Assembly: GCA_963707915.1 (NCBI GenBank)
Contig: OY970178.1
Coordinates: 1,408,001 to 1,472,000, forward strand
DNA: 64,000 nucleotides
DNA from: Candidatus Eiseniibacteriota bacterium
GTDB taxonomy: Bacteria > Eisenbacteria > RBG-16-71-46
Direction: 5' to 3'
Shown here: piece after piece, positions 58,101-64,000 of the stretch
Position numbering within the stretch: the stretch's first letter is position 1
Layout of the letters: each line of letters begins with the position of its first letter
Notes under the pieces: model-generated
Database searches by the model: none
Told to the model about the DNA's origin: nothing
Seen by the model: the letters and a program-made list of their open reading frames with translations, nothing else
Translations under genes and position numbers: made by a program

Positions 58101-59862
58101 CCACTGCCCCAGCACTATCCACATCAGTCCACTGCGGCTCGATCACTACCGAGGCCCACTCCGGATGTGCCCAGAGCGGTTGGGGAACGCCGTTTATGCT
58201 CTGTTCGCGATAGCCAATCGCTGAGGCGAACAGGCGGCCCTCTCGCCACTTGTAGTCGCCGCACCACGTCGACGCGGCCTTCACGCCGATACTGTCCACG
58301 TAGACGGTGATGGCCAAGTCCTGTCCCGTCCGCTGGCTCGTCGGGTCGCTGCGGACGATCCAGTACTCCGATCCGAACGGTTGCAAAACCAGCGGGTAAC
58401 TGACGGAGTTGTAGCTACGCTCGTCGCGAAGAACGGTGTCACGCGTCCCATATCGGTCAGACAGGGTGACTTCGGGGGGCACAATGATGACATGATCAGA
58501 ATCACGGCAGTTACCCGTCTCTGGGAATGCTTGCCACGCGCCCACCTGCCGAGCCGGCGAGAAGTTGGGATCGACCTGGTACCCATACTGGTGTTGCGCC
58601 AGCGCGGGGTTGTTCACGTAGTTGGCAATGCGCCAGTTGTGCAGGAGCAACGCGAACCGCAGCGTGTCGTTGATCTCTGGGAAGTAGGTTGCACACGTCG
58701 CACAGGAGTCATCATTCAGCAGATCGCGCAGGGTCGACCACGAGGCATTCTCCCGCGTTGCCCAGCGATGTAGCAGGTCGTCCTGAATGCCGGAGAGCGT
58801 CGCTGAGGTGTCCGCGCCGCGGAAGTCGTAGGCGAGGTAGGCGGCGAACAGGCTCCTGCCCTGGTAGTTCTGGCCGAAGTACCGCAGATTGCTGCATCCA
58901 TCCAAGGCGCCCGGCCCGAAATGCTGATCGTTCACGGTCAGAGGCCAAGTGTAGGCCATTGGGAACCTGAGTTCCGGCGTCTGATTGCCTGCAACCGCCT
59001 CCGCGCCGGCCGAGAACATCTCCCCGAGCGCGTTGTCTCTAGTTGTCCCAGGCAGCGAATGGCGGAACTCGTGAGAGAACCGCAAACACTGCAGGCTGTC
59101 AGGATTCGTCCAATCGTTCCCGGTCGTGTCTAGTCGGCGCGCCCCGAGGGGGCTCTCGACCATGATGGAGTTGCTGTGCATCACAGCAGTATCGGCAACG
59201 GCATGCCCGGTGGTCGAGTCCTCTTCGCCGCTGATGAACATCGACGGGTACTGCCCACCGTAGTCCAGCGGGTGATGGTTAAGGGAATTGTTTGGGTCGT
59301 GCCAGATGCGGTCACGGTTCCACAGGTAGACGTCGACATGTGAGCGGTCGCTCAAGTTGTAAGGTGGTATGGCGTCCTCACCGTCCTGCGCCGGGACGCC
59401 CTCCGTGTTGAGGCCGACCACCATGGCACTGGAATCACGCGGGTCAATAGGGTCATACGCTTGCCCGTGGCCCGGGCTACGGAAGTACTCGTAGAGCCAC
59501 CGGATCTTTGAGTACGGCGCGCCAAATGGATTGGTGCCGGTCAGCCCCACTAGTGAGTGCGCGTAGTTCCACAGCGTGTTGTCGAGGGCCTCAGACCGCC
59601 ACACCACGCTAGAGTCTATGTTCATCTCGTCCCACATCAGCTCGAGGTCCCGGTACCTGAGGCTTTGGTAAGGCTGATCAGCTCTCCAGGCTCTGAACGC
59701 ATGTGGTCCCGAGTACTCTGGGTACAGCACTGTGTTGCTGGTCGTGCCTTGGACGAAGGCGGGTGATGCGTCGCGCGTCGTGTCAGCCTGGCCGAGGGAA
59801 CTGAGGATCAGGGCCAAGGCGGACAAGGCCATCATGATGGTCCTGCGGCTATACGGCGTCAT
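55192..59862 (-). CDS. Large secreted multidomain protein: putative gluzincin metallopeptidase, TolB/PD40 propeller, Ig/FN3, FlgD/T9SS-like C-terminal domain
   Basis: Signal peptide MTPYSRRTIMMALSALALILSSLGQA; HEFRH...GE; PSFSPDG, WSPRG, FSPDG, WSYDG repeats; NHAP...ATDPDGE; WVAPGDD...YYFAVKT.D; NQPNP...VFDLQGRRI...WDG...GMYICRL...KMILVK. Confidence 0.8.
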   Translation of the reverse strand: MTPYSRRTIMMALSALALILSSLGQADTTRDASPAFVQGTTSNTVLYPEYSGPHAFRAWRADQPYQSLRYRDLELMWDEMNIDSSVVWRSEALDNTLWNYAHSLVGLTGTNPFGAPYSKIRWLYEYFRSPGHGQAYDPIDPRDSSAMVVGLNTEGVPAQDGEDAIPPYNLSDRSHVDVYLWNRDRIWHDPNNSLNHHPLDYGGQYPSMFISGEEDSTTGHAVADTAVMHSNSIMVESPLGARRLDTTGNDWTNPDSLQCLRFSHEFRHSLPGTTRDNALGEMFSAGAEAVAGNQTPELRFPMAYTWPLTVNDQHFGPGALDGCSNLRYFGQNYQGRSLFAAYLAYDFRGADTSATLSGIQDDLLHRWATRENASWSTLRDLLNDDSCATCATYFPEINDTLRFALLLHNWRIANYVNNPALAQHQYGYQVDPNFSPARQVGAWQAFPETGNCRDSDHVIIVPPEVTLSDRYGTRDTVLRDERSYNSVSYPLVLQPFGSEYWIVRSDPTSQRTGQDLAITVYVDSIGVKAASTWCGDYKWREGRLFASAIGYREQSINGVPQPLWAHPEWASVVIEPQWTDVDSAGAVALHVVVPGFGDGVKAVVVVLSMADGRSQYYTESQLNSYEEVASYRLGLGLRYSPFAAQNPVRLDWLSNDLVREPSFSPDGDQLAYTRRLSGRSQIYTTSLSGRTTALLEPEASRSQDQADWSPRGDWVAYRMDRARDLFPYTDIAIHNVVTQETRWLTCHGNAGCVSDPAFSPDGQQVAYVLCLPHSVGEECDGVQQVRRIDLTGQRDTVLAEFHSPHNAIVSLRWGPAGRWVWFSSGDSLYRVRTDGGMLEAATAMAEPIASTHSFDLHRGSGSIVIEQADAVSCRKQCMWLDHDSYPFPAGYDSLVTTPFRRIALRDTLQRLPLPQFQQRNAIYSDPRWSYDGTRIAYASDEHAIGSASDIYVGQVSWNHAPYFVNAPRDTVLAGSCNQTLTQTYSATDPDGEGVTFSAAYLPSGASLSAAGEFSWPNPPAGSEHFVVVRALDGSGGVAQKVIRIAIEPDSLRPAASEVVPEMGHTSAAVGWVAPGDDSLTGTACRSRVAYSTSTITEGNFFSCDTLATGAPGESGTLECALAPNGTLSACTWYYFAVKTQDDAGHWSALSNVASGKTTCSGSKIKECNTEDLMAQGGGEMGWHLENSVLEQATTTAPVTDVYALRTPIAAGDSVARVRLSYPGSAALAVKLAGLAVVDHKADVQAFTCKGKLLLGEAASVYALTDGQQSLSAVIDSSEDSRMVATGTTWEVTLAEKEATGQALLVELAGRGTAQDSGGVEVQVPAGKDEWTTVEHLRPRAGSYAFVVDSLDANAARLLFHQECEVRRLAWVKPVKLESLSPLAPSSAVHSTQGDATTLLASAEAGGMTVQTGESVVLTYELKPAEQGLKRDAFLVLRGARTSKRAKLSRAQAAMEARATANPLPTEFALHPNQPNPVTAMTLVRFDLPRPSSVRLEVFDLQGRRIAKLADGVYPAGYHQSTWDGRMAGGSRVRAGMYICRLQAGAFQAQRKMILVK

Positions 59863-60078
59863 GTTGCGGCCTCCGGGCATGACACGGCGTGCTGCAGGCC
59901 AGCCCATTGCGGGCGCGCCCAGCATGTTCACTGACGTTCAGGCGCTTGGCGGTCGCGAGGTGCGGCGTGAGAGGTGGAGCGGACTTCATGGCCCCAGCGT
60001 GGATCGCGTTATGGTATGATGTCAAGAGAGAAGTGACCTGCGCTGGGTGCGAGTTGAAGCAAGTGACGCGGCGGCAGC

Positions 60079-62112
60079 ATGATGACTCGATGGAGGCATG
60101 CGATAGTGAAAGCTATGTCAGGCGTGCCGCGGGGGTTGCGCAGTGCACATTGGGTCGGAATCGTTGTGCTGGCAATTGCAGTGGCTGGTGGAGCTCTACC
60201 CTATGTTGAGAGTTGCTGGGCGCTGAGTCCCGGGCGAAGCTGGACCCCTGTGGACACCACGAAGGTCGCTGGGCACACACACCTGTTCCCCGACCGCGTT
60301 GAGCTGGATTCGCTTGGGACGCCTCTGGTGTTTGCGGCGCTAGCTGGGGGCATTGGACGGGGCACTTGTGCCCTGAGTTGGGCGGACTCCGTTTGGGCGC
60401 CGCGCGCAGAGCTGGGCTACGGCGTCGGTCCGATCAAGCAGGTCGTGTCGCTCGGGGCTGGTCATGGCCTAGTCTGGTCGACCCTGGGGGCCGTGGAGGT
60501 CCCGGGTGTCGGCACTGAGGTGCATCTGGTGATGTCGAGGTTTGGACCCGGAGGGTTTGGGCTGCCCGATACGCTGGGCCTGATCCGCGCCGGCTTCTGG
60601 CTCTACGCCGGCGCAGTCGCGGGCCCTAGGCGCTGGGTAGTGGACGACGACGGCACGGTGCAATTGTTTGCGTGGTACTCGGACTCGTCGCGGGTGTGGC
60701 ATCGGCTCGTGCTGCCGTGGGGACAGGGCGCCGGTGACTTCGGGGTGGCGGTCGCACCCCTGGACGACAGCACCGCGGTGGTGGCCTACGCGAGTCGGTG
60801 GCCAACGCCGTTGCGCTGGGGCTTGCTGCAGGGCGACACCTGCGTGCTTGGCGGTGACGTGCCCGCGCCGGCTGGCGATGGTATCTCATGTTCCCCCAGC
60901 TTCCGCCGAAGCCCGAGCGGGGCGCTATGGCTGGGCTGGAGCACGGACTATCCCTATGTGCGGTTGGCGAGATACCGGGATGCAGCGTGGGGGGACACAG
61001 CCACGCTTCAGCCTGGCGCTGGCCTGCCGCGGGATAGGTACGCGTCTAGAGGCTTGTGGCTAAGTCGCGACACTTGGGAGTTGCCGACGGTGATGTGGGT
61101 CCTCTTCGACACGTACGGCGGCTGGACCGGCTCGATCTACGTCAGCGTGCCGGATGATGCGGGCTTTCCTGTGGGCGAGCTTGTGCCGGGCAGCCTGGGC
61201 GGTGACTATGGCGACGTGACGCGCGACCGCAACGGTGACGTCTGGGTCGTATGGGAGACCGAAGGCGACGGGATGTTCTGGACGCACAGCTACACCCGGG
61301 CCACCTGCAGCGCACCGGAGGTGAGCAGTCGGGGGAGCGCCCTGTCCGTGTCCTGGAAGCTCTCGGAGCTGGCGCCTGAGACCTGGTGGGCGGTGGAGCG
61401 CGCGCGGGACGGGGAGCCGTTCTCGGAGGTGGCCCGGGTGCGAGCGGGCGCCACGACCGAGATGTCATGGGCCGACCCCGATCCGGAGCCCGGGCCTGTG
61501 CGGTACCGGATCCGGCGCGAGTGTCTGGATTCGCGCTATCAGTGGTGGGGTGCGGAAGACGGGTCTACGGCGGTGGAGGTGTCGCTGGTGAGCGCGCAGG
61601 CCAGCCCGGGTCAAGTGCGGCTGACGTGGCATTCCTCGCAGGACAGCATGGCGGCGACGGTCTATCGGTGCGAGGCAGGAGCGGCGTGGAGCGTGGTGGG
61701 CAACATCGAGTCGGACGGGACCGGACAGCTGGTGTACGAGGACGATCAGGTGTCGTCGGGCGCGCGATACGGGTACCGGCTGGGCGTGGTGGACCAGGGT
61801 CGTGAGGTGTTCGTGGGCGAGGCCTGGGTGGACGTGCCCTTGGCAGCGGAGCTGGCCCTGGGCGGCGTGCGGCCGAATCCTGCGTCAGGGGAGCTTGCGG
61901 TGGAATTCTCGCTGCCCGACGGCGCGCCGGCCCGGCTGGAGGCGTACGACCTGGCCGGGCGGCGGGTGGCGGTGCGCGAGGTCGGCCCGCTGGGCGGCGG
62001 GAGCCACGTGGTGAGGTTGGGCGAGAGGCGGCGGCTGTCGCCGGGCGTATACCAGTTGCGGCTGTCGCGGGGCGAGCGTGTGCTCACGGCGCGGGCGGTG
62101 GTCGTCCGCTGA
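60079..62112 (+). CDS. Secreted protein with FN3-like modules and T9SS-like C-terminal domain
   Basis: Signal peptide; two W...Y.Y Ig/FN3-like modules; VRPNP...YDLAGRRV...PGVYQLRL...RAVVVR. Start may be 60115. Confidence 0.78.
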   Translation: MMTRWRHAIVKAMSGVPRGLRSAHWVGIVVLAIAVAGGALPYVESCWALSPGRSWTPVDTTKVAGHTHLFPDRVELDSLGTPLVFAALAGGIGRGTCALSWADSVWAPRAELGYGVGPIKQVVSLGAGHGLVWSTLGAVEVPGVGTEVHLVMSRFGPGGFGLPDTLGLIRAGFWLYAGAVAGPRRWVVDDDGTVQLFAWYSDSSRVWHRLVLPWGQGAGDFGVAVAPLDDSTAVVAYASRWPTPLRWGLLQGDTCVLGGDVPAPAGDGISCSPSFRRSPSGALWLGWSTDYPYVRLARYRDAAWGDTATLQPGAGLPRDRYASRGLWLSRDTWELPTVMWVLFDTYGGWTGSIYVSVPDDAGFPVGELVPGSLGGDYGDVTRDRNGDVWVVWETEGDGMFWTHSYTRATCSAPEVSSRGSALSVSWKLSELAPETWWAVERARDGEPFSEVARVRAGATTEMSWADPDPEPGPVRYRIRRECLDSRYQWWGAEDGSTAVEVSLVSAQASPGQVRLTWHSSQDSMAATVYRCEAGAAWSVVGNIESDGTGQLVYEDDQVSSGARYGYRLGVVDQGREVFVGEAWVDVPLAAELALGGVRPNPASGELAVEFSLPDGAPARLEAYDLAGRRVAVREVGPLGGGSHVVRLGERRRLSPGVYQLRLSRGERVLTARAVVVR

Positions 62113-62334
62113 AGGAACCACGCTTGGCGGCGCCTGGGCTCGCTCAGGCGGCCGCTTCTGCTTGGACCTTGGGTCCAAGTTCCTCGAGGCGGCGGATGCG
62201 AGCGCCCTGAGCCCAGGGCGGCTAGGGAATGAAGCTCCTCAAGGTTCCCTGATCTGCCAAGTCACAGGATCGCCCCAGCAGGCTGTAACCCACGGGGGCG
62301 ACGTGCAATAGCGTGGCTTGATGTCTTCTGTGAG

Positions 62335-62411
62335 TGGCGGGGTTGACGGGACTCGAACCCGCGACCTCCTGCGTGACAGGCAGGCGTTCTAACCAACTGA
62401 ACTACAACCCC
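62335..62411 (-). tRNA. tRNA-Asp(GTC)
   Basis: GGGGTTGTAGTTCAGTTGGTTAGAACGCCTGCCTGTCACGCAGGAGGTCGCGGGTTCGAGTCCCGTCAACCCCGCCA. Confidence 0.97.
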
Positions 62412-62557
62412 GCGGGAAAGGGCCGCTGATGGCCCTCGAGCCGCGGAACATTACCCGCGGCGTGCCCATGGTGTCAATCCACGGCCGGCAGGACTCCCGG
62501 CGGCCATCCCGGCGCCGCGCCGGGGCCCCGGGCCAGGGCACCCGCCCATTGCCGGCC

Positions 62558-63895
62558 TTAGTAGAGCCGCTCGATCCCGATGTGGGGGTAGTAGTGCTCC
62601 AGGATGTCCTCGGCCCTGGATCCGGCGCGGGCCATGCCCAGCGCGCCCGTCTGGCACAGGCCCACGCCGTGGCCGGAGCCGGCCCCGCTCACCACGACCT
62701 CCATCGCCCGACCCGTGACCGGGTGGCGCCGCACGTCGATCTTGAACAGGGTGGAGCGCAGGATGGCGTCCGGGTTCCCGCCGCGGCGCAGCACCCCGCG
62801 GATGGCGTAGGCGGGGATCGTCACGTCGCCGGTCGAGGTCCGCACCCGCAGCCGCCAGACCCGGCCCGAGCGCGAACGCGCGTCGGCCCGCACGTCCACC
62901 AGGTCGCCGAGTCCCGCGGCCGGCAGCCGGAGCTTGAGCGCGGGGCCGAAGCGCTCGAGGTTGTCGAGGAACTCCTCCTCGCTCCAGCGCTCGCGCCAGC
63001 GGAACTGCGGCGAGGACGCGCAGTACTCGCCGCCCGGCCGGCCGTCGCGGACGCTCCCGAGGTAGGGCAGCGCCGCGGCGGGCCACGCCTCCCAGACCTC
63101 GGCGCTGATCCCGCCGCAGGTGGAGCAGTAGTTGGCGCGGATGGGCTGCCCGTCGAAGAGCGCCACCTTGCCGAACGTCTGCTCGACGCACCGGGTCGCC
63201 AGCGGGCGCTCGGTCTCGACCGGGCCGTAGACCTGGTCCTCGACCGTGCCGTACAGGTCGAAACCCTCGCTCGCGCGGCGCCCACGGTAGAAGAGCGTGT
63301 AGGAGCGCGCCGCGATCGCCTGGGCGCGGCCGGCCTCGACCAGGTCATCGGTGAGCCCGCCGATCTCGCCCGGCACCACGCCCAGCAGGTAGGTGTCGAG
63401 CGGGAGCTGGTCGGCGAGCGTGAGCTTGCCGCGCGGGTTGAGGAAGACCTTGAACGTGCCGCGCCAGGACTTGCCGTTCCAGCGCAGCAGGCCGCGCCGC
63501 GCGGTCACCCAGAGCGTGTCCGAGCGCGCGATGGGCAGCAGCGACACCGGGACGCTGCCCCGCCCGAAGCGCATGCCGGTCGCCGCGGCGCCCACCTTGA
63601 CCGGGCTCGAGATCGCCGGGAAGTCGGTCACGCCGGGGGCGCCGAGCCCCAGCGCCTCCCCGTCGATCACCAGGCTGTCCACGTCCCACGCCAGTCCCAC
63701 GCAGATCGCCGCCCCATGCTCGAAGCGCCCGGGTGCGGGCGTCCCGGCGAGCGGCGGCGGCGGCGCGGCCGGCGGCTCCGCGGGCACCGTCACCGGTGGC
63801 GGCGGAGCCGGGCGTGGCGGCGGCAACGGGGCGCACGACGCCGCGAGCAGCGACAGCGAGAGCCCGGCGGCGGCGGCACGAAGACCCGTCCTCAA
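62558..63895 (-). CDS. SpoIID/LytB-domain lipoprotein (lytic transglycosylase-like)
   Basis: Lipobox LAASC; YLLGVVPGEI, AQAIAARSY, DQVY, GSGHGVGLCQTGA, ILEHYYP; TTG start. Confidence 0.9.
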   Translation of the reverse strand: MRTGLRAAAAGLSLSLLAASCAPLPPPRPAPPPPVTVPAEPPAAPPPPLAGTPAPGRFEHGAAICVGLAWDVDSLVIDGEALGLGAPGVTDFPAISSPVKVGAAATGMRFGRGSVPVSLLPIARSDTLWVTARRGLLRWNGKSWRGTFKVFLNPRGKLTLADQLPLDTYLLGVVPGEIGGLTDDLVEAGRAQAIAARSYTLFYRGRRASEGFDLYGTVEDQVYGPVETERPLATRCVEQTFGKVALFDGQPIRANYCSTCGGISAEVWEAWPAAALPYLGSVRDGRPGGEYCASSPQFRWRERWSEEEFLDNLERFGPALKLRLPAAGLGDLVDVRADARSRSGRVWRLRVRTSTGDVTIPAYAIRGVLRRGGNPDAILRSTLFKIDVRRHPVTGRAMEVVVSGAGSGHGVGLCQTGALGMARAGSRAEDILEHYYPHIGIERLY

Positions 63896-64000
63896 CGCAG
63901 GATCCCCGGCGTGATGTGCCCGAGCACGACCGGGTGCGCCGCTCCGGTGGCGCTGGGGACGTTGCCTGCCAGGCCGCAGAGCGTCTGGTGCGCCAGGAAG
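63892..64000 (-). CDS. anmK: 3' end of anhydro-N-acetylmuramic acid kinase (partial)
   Basis: Manual translation FLAHQTLCGLAGNVPSATGAAHPVVLGHITPGILR* fits the AnmK C-terminal N.PS.TGA..VLG motif; its stop overlaps the SpoIID start. Confidence 0.75.
   Translation of the reverse strand, partial: FLAHQTLCGLAGNVPSATGAAHPVVLGHITPGILR

Noticed and set aside
54361..61550. Similar DNA segments (about 54361-54645 and 61267-61550) plus an RT in the window, suggesting a diversity-generating retroelement TR/VR pair
   Set aside because: Differences are largely synonymous and not adenine-specific, both copies lie in coding frames, and the RT sits inside a complete group II intron.

Overview
High-GC bacterial chromosome segment. 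The gene content and repeated C-terminal sorting-like domains suggest Candidatus Eisenbacteria or another FCB-superphylum lineage; this is an inference that the 16S gene could test. Left to right: the 5' end of an alternative complex III operon (actA, actB), a secreted beta-propeller protein, fusA2-yebC-ruvCAB-queA, sppA, a class IIC group II intron just behind the terminator of a complete rrn operon (16S, tRNA-Ile, tRNA-Ala, 23S, 5S), tyrS, PBP1A, and an acyl-CoA carboxylase/B12-mutase operon with both an MCM-type and an ICM-type large subunit. Next come a 12-Kelch-repeat secreted protein, an alr-deoB-cdd-deoC-pdp-acyl-CoA dehydrogenase operon, mazG-DUF1844, a hexaheme cytochrome c, rlmI, speB and a tiny very acidic protein. 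A compositionally distinct region beside tRNA-Asp holds a GT-C glycosyltransferase, an IS3 element that split a gene, and large secreted proteins; a SpoIID lipoprotein and the 3' end of anmK close the window. Most notable: (1) an OmcS-like hexaheme cytochrome lacking the inter-subunit His ligand; (2) a DeoC with a microcompartment-type encapsulation peptide but no shell genes in the window; (3) five secreted proteins sharing a T9SS-like C-terminal sorting domain; (4) a degenerate second intron 5' end right behind the IIC intron. Four single-base +1 frameshifts in core genes are probably assembly errors. All family assignments come from motif recognition by eye; no database searches were run.
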